64,000 nucleotides of DNA from positions 29,574,001-29,638,000 of the forward strand of contig OX597835.1 in NCBI GenBank assembly GCA_951406725.2, in the 5' to 3' direction. Below the pieces are notes generated by a model that saw only the letters and a program-made list of their open reading frames with translations, had not been told where the DNA came from and searched no databases. Below are positions 29,486-45,827 of the stretch, piece by piece (the first letter of the stretch is position 1; each line of letters opens with the position of its first letter). The DNA is from Octopus vulgaris. Its lineage: Eukaryota. The position numbers and the translations under genes are program-made.

Positions 29486-29950
29486 GAGTGAGAGAGCAGT
29501 TCATGCCATCAAAGTGACACTGGGGTAAAATATACGAAGCCCAATATACACATCATGACTACCCGTCTGATAAGGGTACACCAGGCACATGCATCACAAC
29601 CATATATGCGCGACATGGTGATCTCATATCAAGATAAACAGCACATGACCTTGCAGGTGAGGCTTAGTTAGAAATTTCTTCAGGTTGAGTAGCCCATCCC
29701 GCTCAAAAGGTCCCTGAATAAGGGTTGTTTAAGGATGTTGAAAGAACCACCCATGTTTCCAGGGGTAAATCATTCAAACCCCAAAGAATCCCTCTCAACA
29801 CATGGCTATGATGCTCCCCCACTACTTCTGCTCGTGATCAGAGATGCACATATCGTCAGCCACTAAGGGACATGCTCAACTGGTTAAAGTCAAACAACTG
29901 ACAAGCAAATCTGTGGTATTGAGCAGAATTATTATTATCATTATTATTAC

Positions 29951-30025
<75 letters not shown>

Positions 30026-30384
30026 CATCAAAGCATGCCGGGCGAAATACTTCGACGTATTTCGTCCATCTTTATGTTCTAAGTTCAAATTCCGCCGAGG
30101 TCGATTTTATCTTTCAAGCAATCGGTGTCGATAAATTAAGTATCAGTTGAGAACTGGGGTCGATTTAATCGACTTACACCTTCCCCCTAAATAGCTGACC
30201 TATGTCAAAATTTGAAATAATTCAGAGTTCAAATTTCGCCGAGGCCAACTTTGCCTTTCATCTTTTCAGGGTCGATGAAATAAGTACCAGTGAACCACTA
30301 GGGTGGGGGTCAGTGTAATCAACGAACCCCTCACCTATAGTAGAAAGGATTATTTTATAATAATAATTATCATTATTCATATAC

Positions 30385-31530
30385 ACTCAACAAATTAGAC
30401 AGTTGGAAAAGAAAAGTATCCTAACATTGGGCTACAAGTTGCCTTAGGTGCCAAGAACCCTCCAAAGTATCCTAGCTGTCCCCAATAATGCTGTTTTCTG
30501 CAGCTGTACTAAACTGGGCGTTATGCATCCATCTGTTAAGATATTTAGGGATAGTTCCCAATGGACCTATAACTACTGGGATACATTTTACCAGCACTTT
30601 CAATAGTCTCTGCAATTCAACAGCCAGGTCCTGGTACTTTGCTATTTTTTCTATACTTCTCCATATTAAGTTTTCATCATTGGGGAGTGTAAAGTCAATC
30701 GTCTGGCACTTTCTCTTGTCTTTTTATACAACAACCAAATCAGCCCTTCTAGCTTTTATTACTGTATTAGTCTGAATGTTAAAGTCCCACAACATCTTGT
30801 ACTGCTTACTTTATAGTACTTTACTAAATTCTTGTTCATACCATTTATCAGTATGTTCAAATCTTAGGCTTCTACAAACCTCCTAGTGGATTTCTCTCCC
30901 TAGGTTGTCATGTATTCTTTCCGTGCCACCATGCTACATACACTTACTATATGAATAACGCTTTCCTCGTTTGATTTGCATAATCAACAGTGGGAATCTG
31001 CAATGGTTTTTGTCTATTTTGCCGTCTATCAAATTAGTCCTTAATGCCTGATCTCATGCAGCTACTAACAAACTTTCTGTCTCCCCCTTCAACAGCTATA
31101 AACATGTCTCACTACTACTATTTGCGGAAACTATCTTTGGGAATCTACCATGCAACGTCTCTTGCCAGTCTGATAATTTCTGTTCTTTTTTCTGGTGTTT
31201 AAGTCGTTTGGTGTTTTGACTTCCCTACGTCTTATTGTGACTCAAGCAGCTTCTGATAAACATTTTTCAGTATTACCTACATAGGATTCTATATCTACTC
31301 TAGCTAACTCCACGCATTCTTCTACTGATATTAGCCCTCTTCCACCTTCCTTTCTTGGTAACAATAATTTTGCTACTCCTGTGCTTGGGTGGAGTCCTTC
31401 ATTCATATTGAATTCCTTTCTAGCTTTTCTGTCTAGCTTTGCTAATTCAGTTTTTGTCCAATCTACAAAAGCTGCTCAATATCGAAGTAATGACACTGTA
31501 TAAGTATTTACAGCCTTCACTAGAATCACA
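30385..31530 (-). pseudogene. Second R4/Dong-like LINE 3' remnant
   Basis: Minus-strand fragments ETESLLVAA*DQALRTN, KMLWDFNIQT, ADLVVV, IPVVIGPLGTIP..QKTALLG. Confidence 0.7.
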
Positions 31531-31674
31531 TGTTGGGCTACTGCCGTTCATTAATATGTTGGCCTGGAAGTTCCTTGTAGTTAGGCATTGATCTTGGGTT
31601 GCTATGATAAACTCTTACTATTATTATTATTATTACTAATATTATTATAATTATAATTATTATCATTATTATTA

Positions 31675-31799
<125 letters not shown>

Positions 31800-32032
31800 G
31801 AGGCAGCGAGCTGCCAGAATTGTAAGCATGCTGGACGAAATGTTTAGCGGTATTTCACCCGTCGCTACGTTCTGTGTTCAAATTCCACCGAGGTCAACTT
31901 TACCTTTCATTCATTCTTTCGGGGTCGATAAATCAAGTACCAGTTGAGTACTGGGGCCGATGTAACCGACTATCCTCCTCCCCCAAATTTCAGTCCTTCT
32001 GCTTATAATAGAATGAATTATCATCATTGTTG

Positions 32033-32093
<61 letters not shown>

Positions 32094-33121
32094 CATTATT
32101 ATTATTATTTCTGTTGTTATTATTGTCCTTGTTATCATCATTATCGCGAGCAACCTTATCACTAACAAGCGTTACTATTTTTAAAATGAGTAAACCAGGA
32201 AGCGGTAATATGTACCGGAAGTTGGTAGTGAAGTGAAACGACGTTATGGAACATTGAGCACGTCGTAAGATAAATAAGTACATAAATAAATACATAAATG
32301 CTGCAAAAAATCTTAATGAGAAAAAAAACCTACATAATAGTAAAAATTTCTACGCAATATAATGATTGTTAATTTCTAAATTGATTGCGGGGGGGGTGGT
32401 CGTATTTTTAGCGATGGATTTCAATGATTGCCCTTACGTAAATTTTTACTTTATTTCTTCATTTTGTTCATCATTTTTCTTGTTTTTCATTAAAGTTGGT
32501 TTTTACTGTCAATTTATTTTAGTGAAATTTTCTCATCTTCATTTTATATGTGTGTGTGTGTATGTGAGAGAGAGAGTGTGTGTGTGTGTGTGTGTGCGTG
32601 TGTATGTGCCTGTGTGTGTGTCTGCGTCAGTGTATAACAGTATAGATATAGAAATGTATATATATATACAAACATATACAGAGACAGACAGACAAACAGA
32701 TAGACCGACAGGCAGACAGACAGACTGGTAGGCAAACAGACAAGCAAGCAGGCAGATAGAAAGAAATGTGTTAATTTTTTTAGTTTTATATATATTTTCC
32801 TTCGTATATTTTGGACTTCTGAACGATGGTAAACAGGAAGTAAGTTTTAAAATTAAACAGGAAGTAATCTTGTACTGTTTGGCTGCCAATCGAGAGGACT
32901 TACTTTCGTTTTTGTTTTATGATTTATTTACTCAGCATTTTTGTTTTATTTTTCGTTGATATGCCAAAAAAAAAAAACTTTCAAAAACCTAACGATAAAA
33001 ATTAATAAAAATAAAAGTAAGTTTTCTTCTCATTTCTTATCTATTTATCAGTTATCTTCCTTTTTCGTTTTCCGTACTCATTCAAATGCTATGGACGAGT
33101 AATATACATATATACATACGT

Positions 33122-33238
<117 letters not shown>

Positions 33239-33739
33239 TATATATATATATATATATGTATAAATATATATATATATACATACATGTACATATATATACA
33301 TGTATATACATATATATACATGTATATATATACTTATGTACATATACATATATATATGCTTATCTGCATATATATATATATGTATATATATATATATCTA
33401 TTATATATATATATATACATATATACATACACACATACACATATATATGTATACAGACAAATAAGTGTATACATGTGTATAATGTAAACATATGCATATT
33501 TATGTGTGCATATGAGGTGTGTAACTTATTAAGACTGATAGGAATCGCAGGCAGTTTCGTTCGTTCGGTCGACCGTACATTTTAGCAGATTAGAAAGTAA
33601 CAGGAGGAATTTAGTTGGTATAAGCTGTGTAAATAGTTGTCTTACGGCTGTCATTCATTAGTGGTTTACTCTTCGAAATGTTCAAGGAAGAATTTGGACA
33701 TGTGGAACCAAATCATAATTAATTCGTTTTTTATTATTT

Positions 33740-35200
33740 AATATTCGTGCAGAATGGCTGGCTGGCTGGGTGGTTGGTGATTCGGAGTTTTTTAATGAGC
33801 AAAGGTTTGCCAAAATGACGTTCCAGTGCCTAACCGATATTAAAGAAATGAGCGGTCATAGGAAAACCTCCACATGTTTGAAGAAATCAAGCTGTCCAGT
33901 CCAATACAGTGGTTAGTTAAATAGCAGCCCCTTCGCTACTGTTCACATCTATGACAATCGTTTCATCATCCAGGTCCGTGAAGATTGGATGTATCCCGAG
34001 GCCCAAGTCTTTCTGGGTCGAGTAAGCGATGCGAAGATCTCAAAGCCATTAAAGATTCATGCTGAGGGGCGTGTCGAAAGTCATGGTCACACAGATGGCA
34101 ATCACATTAAAATCTAGAGACCTGAGATCACTAAGGAGGTGACCCTGCTTCAAGGCTTACTTCAGGACATGTGCGTTTATACACATCACTCTCAGAGCGG
34201 CCATATTGGTAGAAAAGTGGGAGGAGAAAGGAAACGGATTACTTACCCAATTGGTGAGCCCTTAGACTCGGTCTCCATGAAATTTTAAGACTCCTTTGGG
34301 TGACTACTGCTGGCCCTTAGGATGCTGATGTTGGTACTGTTAATGCTGTTGATATCACAGCTGCTATTGCTACTGTTGTTAGCATTGGTGCCACTATCTT
34401 GTTCTCATCGACGCCACTGCTATTAGTGCTGTACTCTGCTGTTGTAACGACTTTAGTGTGCTTTGTGTCGGTTATAGTGAGCCTTCTTTCGTTTTTTGGT
34501 TTTTGTTTTGAAAACAGAAAGCTCTTAAGTGGCCTTCAGTACAAATGACACCTTGGCCTTCTGTTGTCAAACGGAACACGCAGGTTGATTTCAGTGAGCA
34601 AGTGATTAATGGCTGGTATTCTTTCCACATTTCCCGGTCTACTTTGGAGGAGGATCTCCAGTGTGATCCCAAATTAGAACTTCCTCTCCGTTTGTTCGAT
34701 GCTGAGTAGAGTATCGACACCCTCCAAGACAACACGAACCAACTGCTACCAGATGTCCAACTCAGGTGGAACTCTATCTTAACTCGACATGTCCTGCTCC
34801 TTAAATATACTGGATAGAGGATGAGTTCCTTCTCGCGTACGAGAACTGTTGAGTGTTTCAGGGTAAACGCATCATTAAAGTGACTTCCTCGCTCCTGGAC
34901 TACTTTGCCCTGGTAGCATGATCTATATCTGCCCATATTTTTTTGAGGACTCTTTTCACCTTGTTGCGTTTACTGCTTCTAAGTGACGGGATTTTTCCAA
35001 CATACAACGTTACAACCTCGTACCCTAACAGTTGCTACCAAACTTCCATAAATTATGCCACGTGTTTCAGGTATGCCGCCTTATCATTTAGGGAGAAAAC
35101 AATTGTGCTGACGTCACCGACATCCCGACAAAAGATTGCCCGCTTATGGGTCAACCCCATCCATCACCACCATTTTGTCGTCGTGTCGTCGTCGTCGCTA
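33740..35200 (-). pseudogene. Degenerate Tx1-like LINE 5' part (ORF1 with zinc knuckle and APE start)
   Basis: ORF 34472-34936 with CTEGHLRAFC; MAALRVMCINA..QGHLLSDLRSLDFNVIAI at ~34204 parallels the APE start at 20704. Confidence 0.65.
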
Positions 35201-35676
35201 TTTTTTTTACGGCGATGACTGTTGTTAAGATTGTTGTTGTTCTGTTGTGTTATTGTCTCGCTGTTTTCGTGTAAATGTTCTCTAACAGAGTTGGTAGTTG
35301 TACAAGTCATTCTTCACCCTACCTCATTGCTGAATGCCATATTGGGCGCGGCTGACGCCACAATTCTGGCGTAAATATGAAACAACAAGGTATATAAGAA
35401 AGGGTTCTGAGATCGATTTGTGAATCTAAAATTCTTGAAGCCGGCACAACAGAGGGGATGCTGTAAAAGGATTGAAAGAATGATGGATAAAAAAATGTAT
35501 GTATGTGCATGCATGCGAGTACTCGCTACAGACGAGCCTACGACTGATAAGCGAATTTAGTCTTGTCCAGGGTTCTACAGGTGGTCATGTGGCGGTTTCT
35601 TACAGCATTGAGAGCTATTGACATTTATTTCTTGCAAAATGGTATCTTATTGCGGATAGCTGTTTATATTAAATTT

Positions 35677-35762
<86 letters not shown>

Positions 35763-36429
35763 TATATATATATAAATTACGCTATTTACTAGTGTATGAA
35801 TCAAACCCCTAATTTAGTGATAAATCAGGATATGAACATTTTTCCCTTCTTAATTGTAATTTTTTTTCATTTAAAATCAAGTATAAAGTAATGCGTCCTA
35901 TACATGATTAAATACGGCGTATCTACATAACATACATACCTGTACGTATATATGTATGTATGTAGGTATGTAAGTATGTATGTTTGTAAGTTGGTAGGAA
36001 GGTATGTAGGTAGGTTGGTAGGTGGGTATATACAGATATGTACACATAGCTACATACGTTTGTTAGTATGTGCGTGTGTGTGTGTGTGTGTGTGTTGGTG
36101 TGTTTGTGTGTGTGCGTGCGTCTTTAAGTTATTCTACATTTCCAATATTTAATGCACCCCAGAGGAACAGTGGCATAGGCCATTAGCAGACTTATCAAAT
36201 ATGTACTTCTCTTGTTTTTGATGCCATACTTGTTATTGTTTTTGTTGTTGATGCTGTTTTTGTTGAGGGGGGGGGATCAGGAGGAGGGCTTTTTGTAGTT
36301 TCTAAAGACTTATTCGATTCACATTATTTTTAATACTTTTCTTTGTAATGTTGCTGCTTAGAGTGTGCGTTTATATTCATGTGTATATGTGTGTGTCTAT
36401 GTGTGTGTGTGTGTGTATCTGTGTGTCAT

Positions 36430-36700
36430 TTACTTAGAGTAAGTTGTGTATATGTCTGTTGGTACGTATGCTCCTATATGTGTGTATGTATACATAAAGA
36501 CGAAGTCCACTGTGTGGGTATTTGCGTGTAAGCATACATACGTACATACATACATACATATATACATACATACATACATACATACACACACACACATATA
36601 TATATATATATGTACAAAATTATAGACGTCGATACACACTCACATGTACCTTTATATATGTAAATATGAATGTATATACACATGTGATTGTATGTACGTT

Positions 36701-36740
<40 letters not shown>

Positions 36741-36860
36741 AACACGCAGAGAGATACATGCATTAATATATGTAGACATACACACGCGCACACATACTGA
36801 TATGTACTTATGCATACACACATATATAACTGTGCATGTATGTTATATACACACACACGC

Positions 36861-36912
<52 letters not shown>

Positions 36913-38135
36913 TCATATATGGATAGGTATCTGTATATAATGTATATGTGTGTTTGTATACATACAAACATACATACGTACATGCATACATACATACATA
37001 CATACATATATACATACATGCATAAATACATATATACATACACACACACATACACACACACATATATACATACACACATACATACACACACACATATATA
37101 CATACATACATACAAGCATACATACACACATACATACATACACACATACATACATTCAGACATCCACATATACGTACATACATACACACACATACATACA
37201 TACACACATACATATATACATACACGCATACATACATACACACATACATACATACACACAAATACACACATACATACATACATACATTAATACATACATA
37301 CATACATACATATATAAATACATACATACATACATATATACATACATTAATACATACATACATACATACATACATACATACATACATACATACATACATA
37401 CAAACATATCTTGCGTATACGAATTCTTCAAACCTCGGTAAACGTGAAAACTTCTAAAGAAAAAGAATCGTGCTTGATTCTAGCTTGACATATTCATATA
37501 TTGTGTTATACATTCACACACACACACACACATGCATACACGCGCACACATAAATTTATACACATATAGATATATGCAGGAATACATACATGGATACAAA
37601 CATACATACATACATGCATACATACATACATACATAAATATATACGTATGTACGTACGTATATAAAAACATACATACATGCATGCATACATACATGCGTA
37701 TATGACATATATTCATAGCTACATACAGTATATATGTGTGCATACAAATATAGATATATAACATATATATATATATACCTACATATAATATATACATGCA
37801 TATATACATACTGACATAAAACACATACAATACATATACACATACATGTATGCATATATATATAGCAAATATACATAGTTACATCGAATATATATATACA
37901 TACATCTATACAGATACAACATATATTCATATGTAGTGAATACCATCGCCACGAGTATTAAGTGCTATGTTTTGCACTAGATCGATAAAACTACGAAATT
38001 CAGTTACCAAAGGAAAAAATATAGCAATAACAACAGCAACAATAATAATGATGCTGATGATGATGCTGATGATGATGATGATGATGATGATGACGAAGAT
38101 GATGGTGGTGGTGGTGGTGATGATGATAATGATGG

Positions 38136-38166
<31 letters not shown>

Positions 38167-38242
38167 GGTGGTGGCGATGATGATGATGATAGCGCCAGCA
38201 ACAGCAGCAACTATAATAATAACAATAATAATAAAAATAATA

Positions 38243-38286
<44 letters not shown>

Positions 38287-38345
38287 TGATAATAATAACA
38301 AAAACAACAACGGGAGCAATAATAATAATGATGATGATGATGATG

Positions 38346-38411
<66 letters not shown>

Positions 38412-38450
38412 GTGATGATGACGATGATGATGATGATGATAACAATAATG
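36430..38450. repeat. Large compound microsatellite block (TACA/TA/CA then GAT/GGT/AAT); representative of many such tracts
   Basis: Direct inspection; explains the YIYI/MYVC/HTHT/poly-N pseudo-ORFs. Confidence 0.95.
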
Positions 38451-38923
38451 GTGTAAAATGTAAATATCAGTAAAAAATCCAAAAGCAATTACATGAAACA
38501 TATAGGGTAGCTTCCACCTTAACCACGCCCACCCACCCCTCGAACTCTAAAACGGTCCCCACCACCTTATATGCACCCGTTACCTACACATGCTTACCTA
38601 TAAACCTACCTGCCTACCGGACTACCACTCTCTACATCTATCGCCAACCGCCATTAATCAACAGATCGACCTTCCTTTCCATTTATGCCTTCATACCTGC
38701 GTGGGTGTACTTTGCGATTATACACGTTATATAATTGTAAATGTGTATGCGTATGTATACGTATATATATATGTATGTGTATATGTGTATGTGAACACGT
38801 ATGTATATGTAGGTGGATATCTTATATACATACCTGCATACAACGTATATGTATATACATATACACATATATGACATATAATATAATATAATATAATATA
38901 ATATAATATATGACACATATATG

Positions 38924-38976
<53 letters not shown>

Positions 38977-39209
38977 GAGGCGCAATGGCCTAGTGGTTAG
39001 GGCAGCGGACTCGCGGTCGCAGGATCGCGGTTTCGATTCTCAGACCGGGCGTTGTGTGTGTTTATTGAGCGAAAACACCTAAAAGCTCTACGAGGCTCCG
39101 GCAGGGGGTGGTGATCCCTGCTGTACTCTTTCACCACAATGGCGGTGCCCCAGCATGGCCACAGCTCAAGAGCTGAAACTGGAAAAACAAAACAAAAAAC
39201 AAACAAAAC

Positions 39210-39247
<38 letters not shown>

Positions 39248-39444
39248 TACATGTACACATATATACATGTATACATATATAAATATATACATGTATACAT
39301 ATATACATGTATACATATACAGCATATACACATATCTACATCTGTTGCATATATACATACACGATGTATAAATGTATAACATACAAGAATATAACGTGTA
39401 TCATTCTGAGTATAATGTTTACATTTTAGCATGTATGGGGCGTG

Positions 39445-39499
<55 letters not shown>

Positions 39500-40480
39500 T
39501 CTGTGTATGTGTCTGTGTTTGTGTGTGTGCGCGCGCCTGTCCGTTATGTGTAGTAGAAGCATTATTAGATTTAAATAGCCAAATGTGTATCATATTAAAT
39601 GCAACTATATCTCGGGAAGTTAAATTAACTGCGGTATTCTTCCGGAGATAATATATCTTATGGAGGTAATGTGTTTAAATACAAAAATTAAATAACAGTG
39701 GCAGAGGAAAATCGCTAAGAAATGCGAGGGAGAATGCTGAATGGGCGCCCTGTCCTCATTGCGCTTCGTTAGTAGGCTGACAACCGCGTGATCAAACGAA
39801 GTCCCTCAATACCGAAATAATTGCAGTTAAATGCTACACCCATAACTTTTCAATGTTCTCATATGTGTGTGTGTCTGTGAGTATGTGTGTGTATGTGTGT
39901 GTGTGTGTGTGTGTGAGTGTGTGCGTGTATGTGTGTGAGTGTGTGCGTGCGTGTGTGTGTGTGTGTGTGTTTGAATTTATGCGTGCCTCGCCGTTCATCA
40001 TGACTTCATTTGGAAAAAAAGCATTTAAACTAAATAGAGTTAAAATAACATGAAGAAAGATTTCCAAATAGGTTCGAAACCGGTCAAGAGAAGATCCACT
40101 TTCCTCACCATGGAACGATAACTACTATATATGTTATTAGTTTCTTTCAGTGTGCTATTTTACATACATATACACGCATAAACACCTCCACAACAAGAAC
40201 ACGCACATATAAATATGTGTTTGCACATACATACATACATACATACATACATACATACATACATACATACATGCATACATACATACATGCATACGAACGT
40301 ACGTACGTACATACATACATACATACATACACATACATACATACATACATTCATACATACATGCATACATACATACATACATACATACATACATACATAC
40401 ATACATACATACATACATACATACATACATACATACATACATACATACATACATACATACATACATACATACATAAAAGA

Positions 40481-41011
40481 GAATGCTACGCTGAACTATT
40501 GAAAAATCGGCATTTACTCTATCCATATTACAAGTTCAGATTTATAACTGTAATTAGTGGGTTGCTGGGATATGTAACACATTTCCTAAATACCAATCTC
40601 GAGAAATTAGAAAGAAGAACTCTAATTTTAAGACTACAGATTAAATCCAACACTAGAACAATAAAAACCTGTAAAACTTTCCAGAAGTTTATCATTTAAA
40701 TATATATTAGCATGTCTAGATATGCAACTATATACATGAGAATACATACATAAAGCATACAAATTTGCACATACATACATACATACATACATACATACAT
40801 ACATACATACATACATACATACATACATACATACATGCATGCATGCATACAAAAATACCGTATTGTTGATGTTGAAATTCTAATGAAGGAACCTTGGATC
40901 TAGGTTAGAAACCGGTTCTTTCTCTGGCAAGGAAACTTGAAATAGACTGAACAACGATATATATACATACATACATACATACATACATACATACATACAT
41001 ACATACATACA

Positions 41012-41044
<33 letters not shown>

Positions 41045-41172
41045 GTACGACTGACTACAAATACTGCACATATGCACACATACCTGCAAAAATACCCTGT
41101 TGATGGTGCTCGAATTACAAGAAAGAAGACATGGATCTAGGTCAGAAACCAGCTCTTTCTCTATTGGCAAAC
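40481..41172 (+). pseudogene. 3' end of a REL-endonuclease LINE with duplicated 3' UTR block (homolog at 63920-64000-)
   Basis: LYPYYKFRFITVISGLLGYV..LQIKS..TIKTCKTFQKF*; GGATCTAGGTTAGAAACC block at ~40895, ~41133 and inverted at ~63955. Confidence 0.6.
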
Positions 41173-41174
41173 AA

Positions 41175-41735
41175 TCAGACACACACACAGATACACACAC
41201 ACATATATGCACACATGCATACACACACATATACATACATGCATTTAGAAATATTGATATACATATACATATACATACAGACACACACACACAGACACAC
41301 ACACACACAGACACACACACACACACACATATATATTTATGCACACATACATACACACACATATACATACATGCATTTAGAAATATTGATATACATATAC
41401 ATATACATACAGACACACACACACAGACATACCCACACACACCTATATTTATGCACACATACATACACACACATATACATACATGCATTTAGAAATATTG
41501 ATATACATATACATATACATACAGACACACACACACAGACATACACACACACACACACACATATATTTATGCACACATACATACACACACATATACATAC
41601 ATGCATTTAGAAATATATACATATACATATACATACAGACACACACACATATACATACACACACACACACACACATATATATTTATGCACACATACATAC
41701 ACACACATATACATACATGCATTTAGAAATATAGA
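41175..41735. repeat. Minisatellite of ~115-130 bp units built from CA/TA microsatellite
   Basis: ATGCATTTAGAAATAT anchor recurs at ~41239, 41371, 41484, 41601, 41717. Confidence 0.8.
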
Positions 41736-42049
41736 TATACATATATGTAGCTGTGTACCTTCATGAGCAGAAATATACATATATATAAATAGCATTGCAC
41801 ACAAACACTCATAGCTACAGACGTACATAGGCATACATACGTCTACATACACTCTCATACACACACACTCACACATATGCATACTTACCTACATAGGAAT
41901 ATAGCTTTGCATTGTGGGATATAAGATGTTTGATATACAGATAGACACTGATGGATAGATTGGCAGACAGACAGGCAGACAGACAGACAAACTGACAGAC
42001 GGACCGACAGACAGACAGACAAGCAGACAGTTAGATTAGATAGTTAGAT

Positions 42050-42083
<34 letters not shown>

Positions 42084-42134
42084 GTAGATAGATAGACAGA
42101 CAGACAGACTGATAGATAGACAGACAGACAGACT

Positions 42135-42226
<92 letters not shown>

Positions 42227-43292
42227 TGTTTCTTTATTAGCCACACAGAGCTGCACACAGACGGGACAGATTACAAAGTAGAGCTTTTCTTTTTGGGGAG
42301 AAAGAAAAAAGAAAAATGTGGGGTAGGTTTTCGATCAAAAGTGATGGTAAAAGGGAAAGAAAGAAAATAAAGGGAAAGAAAAAAAGAAAAAGAAAAAATG
42401 ATCCATAGGGATCGTGTATCACAGAAATGTCATGATGTAAAGTGTAAAGGGGGAAGCAGATAAGGTTTATCCGTGGAAAGAAAAGCCTACGGAAAAGACT
42501 ACGGTAACCTTGGTCAATATTGTTATATGTTACCACATTTGTTTGCAAGTGGATAACCCTCTGTTTTCAATTTCTGGGTTCATAGGATTATGCTCAAGGC
42601 GGCTTCGTCATTCATACGTGCCATCCTTGCTACATTCACCCATCTTTTTTTAAAACGTTCGCTAGATAAAACTTGCCTCTCTACTCTCACTTTCCTTTTC
42701 AAGTCATACTTGAAGAAGTTGATGAGAGATTGGCCAGAGAGGAAAGTGTTTGTCTCCAATCCTTTCAGACGCGTCCACCAGATACATTCTTTCGCCATAG
42801 CCACAAGAATGATGAAAATAGCTCTTCCTTCCCGTTTGAAGTAAGGACGCGTGACAATATTGTCGATAGACTCAGCTGATAAACCGACTCGTCCCACACG
42901 TGACAGCAGTCGTTCGACATAAGCCAACAGGTGGGAAATTGTTGGACACTACACGAGTGCGTGCAGAACGGTTTCGTCGCTCTGACCGCATCTCGAGCAG
43001 GTCGGCTCCGTGTTTCTCGAGCCGTGTCTGTAGAGCTTATCCTGAACGGGTAGCGCTACTCAGTAGCACTGCCAGGCCAGGGGTCCCTGGAAGTTGTCCA
43101 TGGGCCCTGGCCCGAAAGTCTTCCTGAACAGGCGAGTCAGGTATTCCGCGTCGACATCCAGGTTCGCTACGAGCTCGTCGTCGTACCTCCCCTCCACTAA
43201 TCCCCTATAGAATGCTTTGGTTGTGTTGAAGTCTCTCAAGGTCGACCCGGGACGGCATAGTTGCTCGAGAGCAACACGACACTCGCGATGTC

Positions 43293-43293
<1 letters not shown>
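42227..43293 (-). mobile_element. Second, heavily 5'-truncated copy of the Tx1-like LINE, also in (GATA)n
   Basis: Aligns to 16811-17980; (GATA)n at 42135-42226 and 43293-43365. Confidence 0.95.
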
Positions 43294-43367
<74 letters not shown>

Positions 43368-43432
43368 GGAAGAGAGAAAGAGACTAGTTGATAGTCTTTC
43401 TCTCTCTATCTCTGTCTCTATCTCTATCTCCT

Positions 43433-43475
<43 letters not shown>

Positions 43476-44384
43476 CAGAGTTAGGTAATTTGACTGATAG
43501 ACAACCAGAAGTATTCTCTATACCCTACAGACGTGGCGAGACGTGTGTATAGTTTTATACATGTGTGTGTAAAATTTAGTGTGTATAAATTTGTACGTAT
43601 GTGTGTGTGTGCATGTGTGTGTGTGTTCTTGAGTGTGAATACACGTCTAATTGTGTTTTGTGTGCGTGTGTGCTATTGCGTTGTGTAATTGTGTGCGTGC
43701 GTATGTGAAATTGTGTGCGTGCGTATGTAATTATGTGTGCTCAACGTGGGGGAGGGGGATATAGTTGTGAGAGAGAGAGAGGGGGAGAGTTATTTTCTTT
43801 GTTGTGCGTGAGTATGCGTGTAATTGTGTGCGTGTATGTGTGAGTATACGTAACTGTGTGTGTATATGAATGTGTATGTGTGAGTGTGTGTGTCTGTATG
43901 TGTGTTGTGTATGAGTGTGTGGGCACGTAACTGGGTGTATGTGTCTATCTGTGCAAATCCGTGGTAATTGCGTGTGTGTGTGTGTGGTTGTGTACGCCTA
44001 ACTGTGTGCATACATGAGAATCTGTGTGAATGTGTATATGCGCAAAACTGTGTGTGTGTGAATGTGTGTGTGTGTGCGTGTGTGCATGCGCTTAGTGTTA
44101 AGGTTGCGTTGAGTAGTATAGTGTCAAAAGCGTTCCAGCCAATGTACAGGTGGCATGTTTAGCTAAATTATCGATAAAATCCAATACAGTCACTGATCGA
44201 TCACTCTGCAAAACATTAATAATTGTGATACTATAAAAAGATGAGCTTAGATGGAATGGCAAAGCAAAGAGAGCTCGATTAGTGAGTAGGTCGGCAAGGA
44301 ACTAGGAGTTAGGGCTGGTAAGTTGGTCGTGACGTAAGTAGATATATGTGTGTATGTGTGCGTGTGCGTGTGTGTATCCATATA

Positions 44385-44426
<42 letters not shown>

Positions 44427-44884
44427 TATATATATATAGGTATTTATATATATATTTAGATATATAATATATAAATATATACACATATGTATATTCATAT
44501 ATATGCATATACATACGCGCAGGAGTGGCTCTGTGGTAAGTAGCTTGCTTACCAACACCATGGTTCCAGGTTCAGTCCCACTGCGTGGCACCTTCGCCAT
44601 GTGTTTTCTACTATAGCCACGAGCTGACCTAAGCCTATGTGGGTGGATTTGGTGAACGGAAACTGAAAGAAGCACTCGAATATATATATATATATATATA
44701 TATATAGGTGTATATGTGTACATATTTCTCTGTCTTTGTCCCCACAACATCGCTTGACAATCGGTGTTGTTAAGATTACGTCCCCGTAACTTAGGGTTTT
44801 GGCAACAAGACACCGATAGAATAGGTGCTTTCGCTCAGGAAACACTCACAATGCCCGGTCTGGGAATCGAAACCGCGATATATA

Positions 44885-45827
44885 GTTGAAATTTATAGAA
44901 AAACAAAAAGAGGAAGACAGGTGTATAAATAAACAACAAACATGTGTATTAGTTTAACGTTTCGAACCTACGCACTTCAACAGAAAGCAACACGATGAAA
45001 TAAAGAGAGGGAATGGGAAATCTTATGGAGCTAACAGTCAATCATGGCGGCTGGCTGGACAAAGGTAGTTAGACAGGAGAGCTAGGAAGACCGGAAGATA
45101 ATAATGTATTGGTGATCCCAAAACGTATGTGCGCATGAGTGTGCATGCGCGAATGTGTGTATGCGTATGGATAGGGGCTGGTGAGTGACGTGTGGATGTG
45201 TGTGCGTGTAAGTGTGTGCGCTTGTAAGGTGTGGGTGTGTGGATGATAATGTGGGTGTTGGGAAGCGGTCAGTGCTAGTGCGTGCGGGGTGGTGTGATGT
45301 GGCGTGGTGGTGTGTGGTGTGGTGTGGCATGATGTGGTGGTGTTACGGTGTTGGGGTGCGGGAATGCGAGTGTAGGGCGTGGAGACGTGACGGTGGGGTG
45401 TGGGGTGTGAGGGTGGGATTGGGTTTGAGGAGATGTGGTGGTAGGATGGGGTATGTGGGAGTGGGATGTGTGGAGTGGGGTGTGAGGATGTGACTGGGAT
45501 GTGTAGGGTTGGCGAGTGGATGGAGGGGGAACGATGAAGGGAGAAAGAGAGGAAGTTGGTGTCAGAACAAGAGAGGAGAGAAGAGGTGAGTAGGAATGAA
45601 GGAAAGAAGTAAGTGTTAGATGAAGAGAGAAGAGGAGGGGGAGGGGAGTTGAGCCCATTTGACGCAAAGGAGCGAAGAGAGAAGATCAGTCCTTGTTCAC
45701 GGCGAAGACGAGATTCCGGATGCCCCTGCGCAAAGACAGCCCAAATGCAGACAGGTGTTGTAATGAATGACCGGTAGAACGGAAATGGCATAAGACCGTG
45801 GTGTCGTTGCCGAGTCTAATGTATCGG

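Noticed and set aside
33525-33596. Minus-strand GAAACTG...CAGTC hammerhead half
   Set aside because: Upstream core reads CTGCTAA and stems I and II are poor
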